This document shows, in pieces, positions 37,701 through 50,041 of a stretch of 64,000 bases of DNA. The first letter of the stretch is position 1. Every line of letters starts with the position of its first letter. Both the position numbers and the translations under genes were made by a program. This stretch comes from Octopus sinensis (taxonomy: Eukaryota), in assembly GCF_006345805.1 (NCBI RefSeq), contig NC_043000.1, forward strand, positions 11,284,001 through 11,348,000, given 5' to 3'. The notes beneath the pieces were generated by a model. That model worked only from the letters and a program-made list of their open reading frames with translations, was not told the origin of the DNA and did no database searches.

Positions 37701-37850
37701 GAAGTGCCAATCTCTAATTGTGGAGAAAATCTGTGGTAGAGGTAGACCTAGGAAAACATAGGATGAGGTGGTGAAGCATGATCTTCGAACTTTGGGCAAT
37801 GAGTAGTGACTGAAATCTCTGGCACTGTGCTGTGCTTCAGAAGACCTGTC
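34793..37850 (+). mobile_element. Degenerate RTE-clade LINE (APE and RT)
   Basis: APE motifs SVYAP, AGDFNGHV, CNTNFRK, QID, PGEEC; RT motifs GPSGIT.EMLK, YRGIKLL, QFGF, HQG..LSPLLF, LLCAD, MLYGSETW, GRGRPRKT; many stops. Confidence 0.92.
35306..35844. mobile_element. piggyBac-type MITE (same family as 32641) inserted in the LINE and carrying a nested SINE
   Basis: Collinear with 32641-32860 once 35421-35747 is removed; ATAA/TTAA flanks. Confidence 0.85.
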
Positions 37851-37859
37851 AAGACAAGT

Positions 37860-38130
37860 GAAATCATAACTGTGGCTGATGCTGGTGTCTCATAACTGGC
37901 ATGTAAAAAGCACTTTGCCGCCATGAGGCATTGGGTCTCATGGAGGCAAAGTGGTTCATACTAGCGACACATGAAAAGCACCTTTTGAGTGTTGAGCCTC
38001 AAGGAGACAAAGACCGAGAGTTTTGCATTATGTCGTGCTTGAGAAGAAGAGCCATCAATACAAGTAAAATCGCAGCCGTGACAGATACTAGTGTCATACA
38101 AATGGCACCTGTGCCGGTGGTATGTAGAAG
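37860..38130 (+). mobile_element. RTE 3'-UTR-type repeat following the LINE
   Basis: GTAAAAAGCAC, TTTGCATTATGTCGTGCTTGAGAAGAAG and GTGCCGGTGG units directly after the ORF2 end. Confidence 0.6.
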
Positions 38131-38267
38131 CACCTATTACACTCTTGAAGTAATTAGCATTAATATACTTAATAGTATATGCTCTCTGACACTTCACTAC
38201 CATCTTGACTTCTCCTTCTAGATCCCCACCATTTCCAGTTCCTCAAAACCATCCTTCTAAAATGTTT

Positions 38268-38880
38268 TGTAGCCATATACATTCTTTACAACAATGAACT
38301 TGTAGTGACGTCATATTCCAGTGTGCGCACACACAACGTCATTCTTCAGTGTGCGTGTGCGGAACGTCCTTCTTCAGTGTGCGTGTGCGGGGTTGGAACC
38401 TTCTGGAAAGGCATAAGGAAATTCCCTCATGCACATGCGCTAGAGACTGAAGAAGAAATTCTATCGCGTTCCTTAATAGCGTCGGGGACTTGAGACACGG
38501 CGATAGAAGAGAAAGGACGTATTTTCAAACGTGTGATCAGCCTATTCTCCTGTCCCAGACGCTTAGGATTTGACCTGTTCTGTTGCTGCTGAATTGTTGT
38601 AAGAAACTTACAAACATTAGAATTCAGCCTTGCTGTGTTGAACTAGGTGGATACCAGTATACCATCGTGCTTGATTGTTGAATAAGAGAATAAAGAATTA
38701 TATATATTTTTAAACTTGCGTTTCGTTCCTGACTGGTAGTTTCTAGAAACAAAAAGAAAGGAAATTGTGTTGCACCCAAGTTGCACCCCAAAAGTGTAAA
38801 GAAGCAACCAGTTCCCTTTACAAACTTATTTCTGTCTCTTCTATAAACTTTAACATTTTGATATCTTTTGTAAAACTACA
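38268..38880 (+). mobile_element. Possible solo LTR
   Basis: TGTAG...CTACA termini with an internal AATAAA. Flanks TGTTT/TGTAT if it starts at 38268; an alternative start is 38301. Confidence 0.45.
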
Positions 38881-38954
38881 TGTATCTCTACTATACTCAC
38901 ACCCAGTTACAGTGTCTTCTTACTCTTGCTACTTGTGATGATTTTCCAAATGTC

Positions 38955-39200
38955 TCTCTCTCTATCCGCTCAGTCGAAGTCGACTCTCGGTTACTCGATA
39001 GATCAGTGTCCTCCAGCCAGTTCTATCCTGGGCCGCTTCTTTCAGATTGGCTATGTCCAGTCCCGTATCACTCTTGATGGTGTCAAGCCAGCAGGTTCTT
39101 GGTTAGCCTCTTCCTCTCTTACCACTGACCATTCCGAGCATGATGTCCTTCTCCAGGGATGTAGATGTCCTGAAAATGTCACTCAGTACAATCTCTCAAT
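38955..39200 (-). mobile_element. RTE/BovB-like LINE C-terminal fragment
   Basis: SLEKDIMLGMVSGKRGRG*PRTCWLDTIKSDTGL...LKEAAQDRTGWR on the minus strand. Confidence 0.8.
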
Positions 39201-39239
39201 TGGAAGGGAATAAATAGTCTTACAAACCATGCTGAAACC

Positions 39240-39760
39240 AAGTCTTTGGAACAAGAAGTAGTCCTTTATCCTGTTGGATCTTATTGAGCTGCTGAACACA
39301 TTCTCCAACATTTTACATTGCAGGAAGCAGTAAAACGTAGCCAGAAACAGCTGTGCCATACAGGGCACAGGAATGGAGTCTTCTGGGAGTGCTCAGTAGA
39401 TCTCTCCGGATCAACAAAACAGCCAGAAATGATCAGGAAGAATAGCTTGAGGCAGGATATCATATTCCATTCCAGTTCATCAAAGCAACTAATTTTGATT
39501 GAACTTTGTGCAGTTTAAAAGTTGAATAGAAGCACATGTGTTCAAGACTGAAAAATATGTCAGTCTGACCAACAGCCAGCCAAATCTTGGGTCAAAGTTC
39601 TCACCATAGAGGTTGGAGCCAGAGGTTTTGTGGGCAAATCTGCTTTTGATCTAATGAAACAAGTCTCAGTATTTGGGAAGAATAGGACCAAAGCCCTAAA
39701 GCAGAGAGGTGTTCCAGCCGGATCTAGCTGAGGAGGAACAAGAGCAACCTCCATACCATT
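39240..39760 (+). mobile_element. RLE-type (HERO/NeSL-like) non-LTR retrotransposon endonuclease remnant
   Basis: One frame with stops reads EHIL ... W..SVDL...PEMI...LRQDII..S.SSKQLILIEL ... IEVGARGF. Confidence 0.65.
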
Positions 39761-39875
39761 TGAAGGCAATAGTTCTACAACTTAACACTAAGGGAAGTAA
39801 CTCTGAGTGAGTCACTAATAGTGCTGCTATTTCACCTCTACCATGACAACCAACGTTATCTCTTCTTATATAAGA

Positions 39876-40260
39876 CTAGCAGTATCGCCCAGCATTGCTC
39901 GGGTTTGTAAGGGAAATAACTATATAAGCATTTTTAGAGATGTAAAGTATAATAGTCATCTCAATATGGCTAACCACAAAGGGGGGGGGGTGTTACTGTA
40001 GCTTTTTACGTTCTGAGATTTAATAATAAATTTTTAGAGAGTTACTTCCCAAAAATGCATTAAAAATGGGAAAAATTGATGGTAATTTTTTTTTTAAATC
40101 GTAGACTTATTGTAGACACGCACTAATACCCAGAAGGGCTCGATGTGAATCACGACTATTAGATACCCGGTTTTGGTTAAACTGCACCGCAAAATGTGGG
40201 AGTAGTTAGGAATCTAAATCGCAGGAGACAAACACACAACCTCACTTTTATATATAAAGA
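39876..40260 (-). mobile_element. Non-autonomous Helitron (family of 11622)
   Basis: Plus strand A|CTAG ... GA|T; interior is the reverse complement of 11622-12000. Confidence 0.88.
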
Positions 40261-40557
40261 TTGAAAGCTGAGTCAACTGAGTGGAGTTGCAGCTAGATGA
40301 AATCTCCAAGTGGTTTAAATGCACACGTCTCCAATATCCAAGTAGCTAAAAAGTGTCAGCAGAAGGGCCTCAAGGAGTCATGACTTGGATGTGGCCCGGA
40401 CCCATTAGAGTGTAAAAATTGAAGGGCCAAAACACATGAGGGGTTTTCTTCTCTGAAGACTTGCTATTCGGCTCTAAGAGTTTCTTATCAGTTTCTAAAG
40501 TGAGAGTATATTGTATGAAATCTACTTTCACACTTTATTTGATATTAACTCGGTACA

Positions 40558-40801
40558 TGCACTGTCCTCAGATTGACACCCAAACACTCTGAAATGTTCT
40601 TATTGGAACTTCCAGCATGAATGCCAAGCAGTACAGCATGTCATTTCCAAATTTCTGGCAGAGTGAATAGCATTATGGTGCTATTTTTCTCACAAATGGT
40701 GCCCAACTGACCCTACTATACTGTATAGCTGACAAAATCAAAAACTGACAATGCGCATGCACAAAAGTATAAAATTGAGACAATTTACCTATCGCACCCT
40801 G
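40558..40801 (-). mobile_element. 5' end of the same mariner-like element as 16346
   Basis: CAATTTACCTATCGCACCCTG|TA terminus; interior is the reverse complement of ~16346-16590. Confidence 0.85.
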
Positions 40802-41691
40802 TATGTATGTATGTACGTACGTATGAATTAAGCTACCCATGATGCATTGGGTCACTTGAGTTTCCCAGCAACAGAGTTTGTTTCATGGGTTTTTTTTTTC
40901 CTTTCCAGGTTATTTTGCATGCTTTCAATGAATGTGACATTGAAATCACACGTAAATGGCTCCTTTCCACAGAAAAGGAAAGATTTGACTGCTATTTCTT
41001 GCACGCCCTACTGTTACATGGTAGCAGGGTGTGCTAGAAATAGCCCTAGAGTTACGTGGTAGCAGGGCGTGTTAGAAATAGCAGCCAAATCTTCAGAGCT
41101 GGGATGCATTGAATGCACTCGAAAAAGTTTTTGTAATGGTATTCCCTTGGGGGCGATCTTTCGCTTTGACTCTCAGAACTGTAATCTGGATCAGCTGGTT
41201 TTGTTTTTTAATTTTCCCAAAAACATTTTTATTTATTTACTTTTGGTTTGAAGTGAAAGAGAGGAGAAGGTGAAAGATGTATGAACATGTGTGTGTGTCT
41301 GTGAGAGAGAGAGTGTGTGCCACTTACACATACGAGAACACACACACAGTCATTCACTCACTCTCTCACACACACATGCATATGTACATAGAAAAAAGAT
41401 GTACACATAAGTATGGATGTATGTACGTAAACATGACAACACACCCCTTCACGCACTCTCTTTTGTGCAACCATATGCGTATTACATCATATATATAAAA
41501 GTACAAATTCACTCATAGATTCCCATAAAATTCAAGTTAAAATATAGAATAAATGCATATATGTTATATATGTACAGATACTTGCACATATTCCTCATCT
41601 TTCTCCTGATGTGAAGTTAGTAACTTAATTTAATATGTGATGGTTAAGAGACACTAGATTCTTCACTACAGGATGGAAATATCAGTAATAT

Positions 41692-42052
41692 CATTATCAT
41701 CATCGTTTAACGTCCACTTTCCATGCTAGCATGGGTTGGACGGTTCAACTGGGGTCTGGGAAGCCCGAAGGCTGCACCAGGCCAGTCAGATCTGGTGGTG
41801 TTTCTACAGCTGGATGCCCTTCCTAACGCCAACCACTCCGAGAGTGTAGTGGGTGATTTTATGTGCCACCGACACAGGTGCCAGACGAGGCTGGCAAACG
41901 GCCATGATCAGATGGTGTTTGTTACGTGCCACCAGCACGGAGGCCAGTCGATGTGGTGCTGGCTACGGCCACGTTCGGATGGTTCTCTTATGTGCCACTG
42001 GCACTGGTACCACAAACTACAAATTCCATTGATGTGGATCGAATATTAAAGA
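41692..42052 (-). mobile_element. RTE-tail-type retroposon
   Basis: Same family as 14632. Confidence 0.85.
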
Positions 42053-42354
42053 TTATTTTTAAAAGAAAAAGTAAAATGATTAATATCAAATAAATGAGTT
42101 TAAAAAATACATTTTATTTCTTTCAAATATCTTAATAGAAAAATATGGATTACAGGCAAGATATTTTTCTTATCATAAAGAACAATCAAGTGTAAGATTA
42201 TATTTTTATATATACACAATTTTATATTTATTTATTGATAACATAACAACTGTACAGGGGTATTATTATTGATCTCTGAGAACACATTTCAAAGCTAATT
42301 ACCCATATATTAATCAAGAGTACCTTCTCTCTGTCCCAGTAATATGGTATTCTT

Positions 42355-42690
42355 TTGTTTCAGTCATTTTACTGTGGCCATGCTGGAGCACCGTTTTTAG
42401 TCAAACAAATCAGCCCCAGCACTTATTCTTTGTAAGTCTAGTACTTATCCTATCAGTCTCTTATGCCAAATCTCTAAGTTACAAACACACCAACATCGGT
42501 TGTCAAGTGATGGTGGGGGTACAAACAGACACACAAATATAAACACACACACACATATATACCAAATCCACCCAAGGCTTTGGTTGGCCCGAGGCTATAG
42601 TAAAAGACACTTGCTCAAAGTACCACACAGTAGGACTGAACCCGGAACCATGTGGTTAGTAAGCAAGCTACTTACCACACAGCCATGCTG
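42355..42690 (-). mobile_element. tRNA-derived SINE, ATAGGCGCAGG-head family
   Basis: Similar to 31482 and to the reverse complement of 58806. Confidence 0.82.
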
Positions 42691-43063
42691 GTTTATGGAA
42701 TATATATAAAGTATGCTTTTATTTAAAAAATATTACAATAATACACCATGTCACCAATGGAGATATAGCTGTGGTAATATAAAATATAGCAACAGCAATT
42801 TGTTTTCACCTTGCTATATCTTCTTTCCAGCATGAATACATTTATAGTTTACAAGTTATTTTTTAAATATAATGAATTTTAACAAAGAGCATGTCTACAA
42901 ATAAATTACATGTATCTCATGTAAGAGATTATTAAAAGAAGCAAACCAAGGAAGGGCAACTGGCTGGAAAACAATACATCAACAAGTAAACCACGAGAAT
43001 CTGTTTTGTCCTGGCTTCATTGATTACTGTTAAATCCACAAGGTTAATTCATGACTTGGCAAT

Positions 43064-43356
43064 AGCAGCGGACTCGTAGTCGAGGGATCGCAGGTTCAAA
43101 TCTCACACTGGATGATGTGTGTGTTTATGAGCGAAACACCTAAGCTCCACGCGGCTCTGGCAGAAGGTAATGGCGAAACTTCTGCTGACTCTTTCGCCAC
43201 AACTTTCTCTCACTCTTTCCTCCTGCATCTTGCAGCTCACCTGCGATGGACCGGCGCCCCATTCAGGTGGGGAACCTATATGCCAAGAAACCGGAAACTG
43301 GCTCTTATGAGCCAGGCATGGCTCGAGAAGGAACAAAGAAAAGAAACAAAAAAAAA
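43064..43356 (+). mobile_element. tRNA-derived SINE with A-rich tail, antisense in the ZNF-D 3' region
   Basis: B-box GGTTCAAATC; A-rich tail; 13-bp TSD ATGACTTGGCAAT at 43051-63 and 43357-69. Confidence 0.88.
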
Positions 43357-43429
43357 ATGACTTGGCAATGGAAATGATCTTGAACTGTTTGATGTTGTTT
43401 TGAGTAGTAATCAATTCTGACAAAGATAG

Positions 43430-44545
43430 TCACACTTTTGTATGGGTAGATATATGCGAAGTTAAGTTGCACTTTTGAGCAAATGATTTACCACAGATAT
43501 CACATAAATATGGTTTCTCCCCTGTATGAATACGATTATGATTGATTAAGTCACCACTTCCTGAGAACGATTTACTACAGATATCACAATGAAATGGTTT
43601 CTCTCCAGTATGGATACGTTTGTGTTTAGTTAGGTTAGCCCTTTGAGAGAATGATTTACTACAGATATCACAGTAATATGGCTTCTCCCCTATATGAATA
43701 CGCTTGTGTCGAGTCAAGTCACTACTCCCAGAGAACGATTTACCACAGATATCACAGCGAAATGGTTTCTCACCTGTATGCATACGCATGTGCTTGGTTA
43801 AGTCACTATTTCCAGAGAATGATTTACCACAGATACCACAGTGATATGGCTTCTCCCCTGTATGAATTCGCTTGTGGTTGGTTAAAACAGTATTATGAGA
43901 GAATGATTTACCGCAGATATCACAATGATATGGTCTCTCTCCTGTATGCATACGTATGTGTTTCCTTAAATCATTACTTCCAGAGAATGATTTACCACAG
44001 AAATCACAGTGATATGGTTTCTCTCCTGTATGAATACGTTTATGTCTACTTAACTTAGCACTTTCAGAGAATGATTTACTACAGATGTCACAGTGATATG
44101 GTCTTTCTCCTGTATGAATACGTTTGTGAGTAGTTAAGACACTATTTTGAGAGAATGATTTACCACAGATATTGCAGTGAAAAGGTTTCTCTCCTGTATG
44201 GATACGTGTGTGTTTATGTAAGTCACTGCTTCGAGAGAATGATTTACCACAGATATCACAGTGATATGGTTTCTCTCCTGAATGAAAACGTTTGTGTCTA
44301 CTTAAGTTAGAACGCTGGGAGAATGACTGATCACAAATTTCACAATGATATGGCTTCTCCCCTGTATGAATACGTTTGTGTATAGTTAAGACGCTATTTT
44401 CAGAGAATGATTTACCACAGATATCACAATGAAATGGTTTCTCTCCTGTATGAATACGTATGTGTCTAGTTAAGGAAATACCTTTAGAGAAAAATTTACC
44501 ACAGATTTCACAGTGATATGATGTATCTCTCAACTTTTTTGACAT
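43430..44545 (-). CDS. C2H2 zinc-finger protein ZNF-D, 13 fingers, 371 aa
   Basis: Intact [15 protein letters not shown]...SHISTHTKV; ATG at 44545 chosen by paralog context. Confidence 0.95.
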   Translation of the reverse strand: MSKKLRDTSYHCEICGKFFSKGISLTRHIRIHTGEKPFHCDICGKSFSENSVLTIHKRIHTGEKPYHCEICDQSFSQRSNLSRHKRFHSGEKPYHCDICGKSFSRSSDLHKHTRIHTGEKPFHCNICGKSFSQNSVLTTHKRIHTGERPYHCDICSKSFSESAKLSRHKRIHTGEKPYHCDFCGKSFSGSNDLRKHIRMHTGERPYHCDICGKSFSHNTVLTNHKRIHTGEKPYHCGICGKSFSGNSDLTKHMRMHTGEKPFRCDICGKSFSGSSDLTRHKRIHIGEKPYYCDICSKSFSQRANLTKHKRIHTGEKPFHCDICSKSFSGSGDLINHNRIHTGEKPYLCDICGKSFAQKCNLTSHISTHTKV

Positions 44546-44853
44546 CTTTACAAAGAATATAAAAACCCAATCCACTGTCAACTGTGATTTTCATTGAAAT
44601 ATAAAAATGGTGCTGCAAACACCTCAAAAATGTTGAAGTTTAATTAATAGGCAAAAGCACCAGATAATGAAGCAGGGAAATATGTTTTTTTTTTATCTCA
44701 GTTCAGAGCAAATATTTCACAGTAATTTCACCATAAAGTAATAGTAGTATGGTTATATCTGTCAGGTATACAATTTCCCTTTAGTCTTCAAAAGATGACA
44801 AATATTGAAGATGTCTCCAATATAAAAATAAATCCTGTTATGTCAATGTTAAT

Positions 44854-46518
44854 CTGAAATAATAAAGAAACAGTATAAGAAACAGAGGAGAGATCAATAT
44901 GGAAATTTTACATTTCTTTATAAATAAACAAATGACATCGAATACCATTGCATGAAATCTGCATATTTAAGGCATTGCTCCAGCCTGGCTGCAGTCACTT
45001 GACTGAAACAAGTAAAAGAATTTGTAAACTACAGGTAGGTGTGGGGACAATGAATGGATGCACAGTCAACAGATTAGGCAAGGATAAGGGCAAATTGGGT
45101 AATGGTGGGGGAGGGGATGCCCTTATTGGGTGAAGCAGCAAGCTATGAGTTGCAGTTGTGTCTGGATATATATTTTATTTGTTTCAGTAGACTGCAGCCA
45201 TGCTGGAGCACTACCTTGAATTTTTATTCGAATGAATTGACCCCCAATGATTCTGGGTTGCTGGGGGTGGGGGGTCACGCGTAATCAACCCCTTTTCCCA
45301 GAAAAAGGAAAGATTTGGCTGCTATTTCTAGCACGCCCTGCCACCACGTAACAGCTATTTGCGATAGAGGACCCACCGATATTTCGTTCTGAATTAGTTT
45401 TTTGACTCCTTTCCCACTTTCTTTTCCGGTAAAAAGTGGCTTGCAGCGCGTTTGGTGGTCAGATACGTTGGATGCACTCGAAAAAACCTGTGGAAAAAAG
45501 ACTATTTCACTCCGAGGTACGAACGGGCCCTATATTAACCGAAATATTTACCGTTGAAAGTATGCGAAGTAAGGCATTCCTTCGATATAACTCGACAAAA
45601 TCAAAACACTTCACTTCGGCTGTTTCTGTGAAAAGCACGAAAGAAAACAAAAACCCGCGAAACAAAACTCCGTTGGTGGGAACCTTGGAGTTTCCCACCA
45701 CCCTTCCCCTTTTCCTTTTCCGGAAAAAAAGTGGCTTGCAGCAGGTTTGTAGGTCAGATACGTTAAATGGCCTCGAAAAAGCTCGTGGGCATTCTTTCTA
45801 CATAACTCGACAAAATCAAAACACTTCACTTTGGGTATTTCCGTGGAAGCAAATGACAGATCGATTCTGTTTTCTGCTTGGAAATTTGTGGATTTTACAT
45901 ACACACATGAAACAGGTCAGAACAAATATGCAAGGCTTTTTTTTTTCTTCACGTTTAAAACGAGACATTGCTGGCATAATTTCGTTATATATATATACTC
46001 CACAACCCACAGGAATACCCGAAGTGAAATGTTTTGATTTTGTCGAGTTATATCGAAAGAATGCCAGCTCGTGGAAAAAATTATGTCCATTACAGATTTT
46101 TAATTAGCAAACCTGCATTTTATTTTATTTCACATATAACAGTTGAGTGTGTGTTTTTTTTTTTAAAAAAAAACAACATATCAATATTTCACTTGGGAAA
46201 TATAATCCTTTTAGTAAAAGTCAACAAAAGTCAGTTGTTGATTGCCATAACACTGCATCCTTTAAGGCCCTCATGCCTTCCGAAATCCGCCGAAACTACA
46301 CCTGATTATATATAGACTTTAGATGAGTTGTAGTGCACCTGAGCACTGTACACAATTATATTATTATTATTATTATTATAAGACGACGACGGGCGAACAT
46401 CTTTGTTCCAATGTATCTTAAATGGTAGAATTACTGTATTCTTGGAGGGTTCGCGTAATAATTCTGTGATTTACACACACTATTACAGATTTATTCAAGT
46501 AAACCATTGTCAACTTAC
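44854..46518 (-). other. Predicted 5'-UTR intron of ZNF-D
   Basis: Minus-strand donor ACG|GTAAGTTGAC (46518-46513) and acceptor TTATTATTTCAG|ATTAAC (44854). Confidence 0.75.
45421..46075. repeat. Structured intronic repeat: a 47-bp motif twice direct and once inverted
   Basis: GGCATTC.TTC.A.ATAACTCGACAAAATCAAAACA.TTCACTT.GG at 45573 and 45788 (+) and 46019 (-); TTTTCCGG.AAAAAGTGGCTTGCAGC at ~45422 and ~45716. Confidence 0.8.
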
Positions 46519-46815
46519 CGTTTTCAACATGACAACAGTGAGCAAACTGCAAAGGAAATTATCTCGTTGTTAGTTTTGGCTTTTCCAAAGACTATTCCAC
46601 TTTATTCTACGCCATTAACGGTCAGATAATTTCCCTCTCTAGACATCGATTCGTATCTGTCTCTAATATATTGTCTTAACGTTTGAGTATTTATTTTCTA
46701 CCAGCGATATTAAATCAATATAGAAATTCTAATCGTAATTATTTCTACATCTGCATTTATGCATATGTAGATACATCTGCACTTAATGTACTTCAGTTAT
46801 AAACGCCTTTTCTTT

Positions 46816-46965
46816 TTCCGCCGAGGTCGACTTTGCCTTTCATCCTTTCGGGGTCGATAAATAAAGTACCAGTTTCGCACTGAGGTCGATGTAATCGACT
46901 TAATCCATTTGTGTGTCCTTGTTTGTCCCCTCTATGTTTAGCCCCTTGTGGGTAGTAAAGAAATA
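46816..46965 (+). mobile_element. 5'-truncated SINE (GGCAG-head family)
   Basis: 18-bp TSD TATAAACGCCTTTTCTTT at 46798-46815 and 46966-46983. Confidence 0.9.
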
Positions 46966-47290
46966 TATAAACGCCTTTTCTTTATATATCAATCCAGTGC
47001 AATTTGACCGAACTATTAGGTCTACATTTAGCAATAACCGCTTGATAAGTAAAACTGTTTAATTCCTTTTTTAATTATGACTAAATAACACATCATAGAA
47101 CCGTCGTGGTCGACTATAATTCTTCTTTCAGAGTAATTAAATAATTTTGATATCGGAAATATTATTCTCGGCGTTTCTCTTCTAAGCATTGTGAATCATT
47201 ACCTTATTATAAAACAATATACCTTAAAGCAATACATATATTTAATATACATTTAAACAAAGGATAAATGTAATGCCAGATATACACAGA

Positions 47291-47524
47291 TATATATATT
47301 TCTTTACTACCCACAAGGGGCTAAACATAGAGGGGACAGACAAAGGGAGTAAGTCGATTACATCGACCCAGTGCGAAACTGGTACTTTATTTATCGACCC
47401 CGAGAGGATGAAAGGCAAAGTCGACTCGGCGGAATTTGAACTCAGAACGTAACGGCAGACGAAATACCGCTTTAAGGATATTTCGCCGGCGGCTAAACGT
47501 TTTCTGCCAGCTCGCCGCCCTCCG
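47291..47524 (-). mobile_element. SINE (GGCAG-head family), full length
   Basis: 12-bp TSD GATATACACAGA at 47279-90 and 47525-36; absent from the paralogous ZNF-C promoter. Confidence 0.9.
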
Positions 47525-47733
47525 GATATACACAGACGGAAGTGCCAAGTGATTAGATACGGAATTGATTGTCTAGAGCTCTGGAAAAAGCTAAGATCTC
47601 CCAACATTTATGTCGTAGAAAAAAAGGGGGGTCAAAACGTTTTTGAAATTCCCAAACACTTACAACGAAATAATGTCTTTGGAGTTTGGTCGATACAGAT
47701 TTATTGTTTGACATACGAGAAACGGGTTAAGTT

Positions 47734-50041
47734 GTAAGTTGACAACGATTTACATGAACAAATCTGTAATGTATTATCGAAAAATAGAATTTATGTTGTG
47801 AACTCTGTTAACCATTCTGGTGCACCTAGCACCGATAAATATTTCATTATATTAAAATCTATACAAGTGACAACTACAATGTTAGAACAATGATATTCAC
47901 TTGCTGTCTCCGTCTTCTTGTTGACTTTCACAGACAGGATAATACTTCCAAGCTGAAATGTTGACCTGTTATTTTTGAAAGAAAAAAATAAAATACTTCA
48001 GTGTTCCATGTAATATAAAGTAAATTACAGATTTGCTAATTGAAAACATTTTCATGCTGCTAGTCATGCATAGATATTCTCTTCCACACCGCATGATACT
48101 CTGAAATATCTGATTAAACATAATTCAAACAATAACAATAAATAAAATGGCATTCCTTCTTTACTAGAACTAACTTGTCAAAACTAAGGAATGCTTTTAA
48201 TTCTGATCATTTTATTTTTTCTTTTATTGTTAAAGTTGATATGATGTGCATCTTTTGTAATAACCATAATTCATCGATGGTCGGGATATGGAATGTGAAA
48301 GAAATGTCTGCAATCAGATAGATGGGTTTTAGTGACTCTTGATGTCGATTTAGAGATGGTTTACAATAACTTATTGATTTAACTAGTTGTTATAATAATC
48401 TATTCAATTCAGCATTTAAGAAAAAGTAATGGAGAGTAGAGTTAATATGAATGACAATGGGTGAGTGGGAAATAGAAATTTACAGCTAAAAATACAGATT
48501 TGTTGTCTGTATTTTGCGTTTGAAAAGAATGCTTGTGCAATTCTCAAACAGCCAAATGCTTCAACTAATATCATTGCTATTTATCCCTTCCATCACTAAT
48601 GTATTATAAGGGATAATTTATGAGCATGGCTGCTGTATATGGGTTTAAACTTGATAAGAGATGTATGAGCAGATAGACATAAATACTACTCAGATATATA
48701 TATATATATACAGGACTGCACACAAACAAATATATAAATATATGGATACTTGTATATACACAAATGTACCTGATACATATGTACTGACATGTGAATGTAT
48801 GCATTCATCATGATTGTACTCTGTCAGGTCTGACCTAGGCCCAAACGGTGAGCTTTTGAGAAAGCCTCAGTATGGTCATTTTAACTGCTAGAAAGAACAG
48901 CCACGTTCATTAGCATTACCCCACCCCCACCCATATCCTCTCTGTCCTGTCAACCTCCCCCCCCCACATTTCATCCCCTCACACCCATCACTTCTCTATC
49001 ACCTGAAAGCCGAGTAGGCACATACTACATACTCTGGTTTCCTCAGTCACCTTTCGTCCCTCGCCCCAAACCACTCCCATTTTCCATTATCTATCCCTGC
49101 CTATTGTCTTCATCAATCACCTCCTTTCTGCACCTTCTCTCCCCTGTGCTGCTCTCCATCATTAACATCTTATCTATCAACCTCAATGCCCTCATATATC
49201 TACAACACTACCTGCCCCGAGCCTCTTGTACTTCTTTCCATCATTTGCTACAGTCACCTCTATCCTGCTCACTAGCCCAGTTCAAGCCTCTATTTAACCT
49301 CGCCTATTCTCACCATGTCCAATGTCATGTCCAGACACATTTTCACCATTATCTCTCCCACTATTGCTCTCCTTATTCTCTAACTCACTGCCCTGTATTT
49401 TCCAACTAGAGCATCCAGGTATCCACAGCAAGGCACCTACTCTGCCCCTCTATATATTTAATCTCTCAACTGGCACAAAGTCCTACCACCTCAATATTAC
49501 TTCACCCTCTCAGCTGGGGTTTTACCTCTTTTTTTTTTTTTCTAGCAATGCACTTGGTGACCTTGTTGGTGATGGTGCCACATAAAAAGCACATAAAGGG
49601 CTTCAATCTGTAGAAACCATATCAAAACAGACAATAAAGCCTGATATAACTCCCAGTCTTGCCAGCTCCTGTCAAACCATTCAACCCATGCCAAACATAA
49701 CAATTATGACGATGATGGCTAATGTAGTCCTGAAAATACAGAAACTGAAGAAAAGACAGGATAGTCATGGATGTAATGTTTTTGATCATAAGTTTGTTCA
49801 ATCAGGGCTGATCTTAGGCTAAAGTGTATTGAAAAATGATGTTCCTCATGAAAGAAGAATGTTAATGTCCACTATTCCGTTGTTTAATATAACGGTATAC
49901 AATGTGAAGGTGTAACTGTAGTTTATAAACATGTAGATTTCCTACTATTTTATAGGACATAATTTGTTTCTCAATATAGAAATGTTAAATTTCCATGTTT
50001 ATCTCTCCCTTGTATCTTATATTGTTTCTTTGTTATTTCAG
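47734..50041 (+). other. Predicted 5'-UTR intron of ZNF-E
   Basis: Donor GTAAGTTGAC at 47734, preceded by a degenerate duplicate GTTAAGTT; acceptor TTATTTCAG|ATTAAC at 50041. Confidence 0.7.

Larger units (their letters stand above)
46519..47733. promoter_or_regulatory. Candidate bidirectional promoter with two homologous divergent non-coding first exons (ZNF-D / ZNF-E)
   Basis: Donors point outward at 46518 (-) and 47734 (+). AGATACG(G)AAT(C/T)GAT(T)GTCTAGAG occurs on both strands. Confidence 0.65.

Noticed and set aside
45436-46107. 223-aa ORF in the ZNF-D intron
   Set aside because: Non-ATG start, no domain motif, and it overlaps a direct/inverted repeat array.
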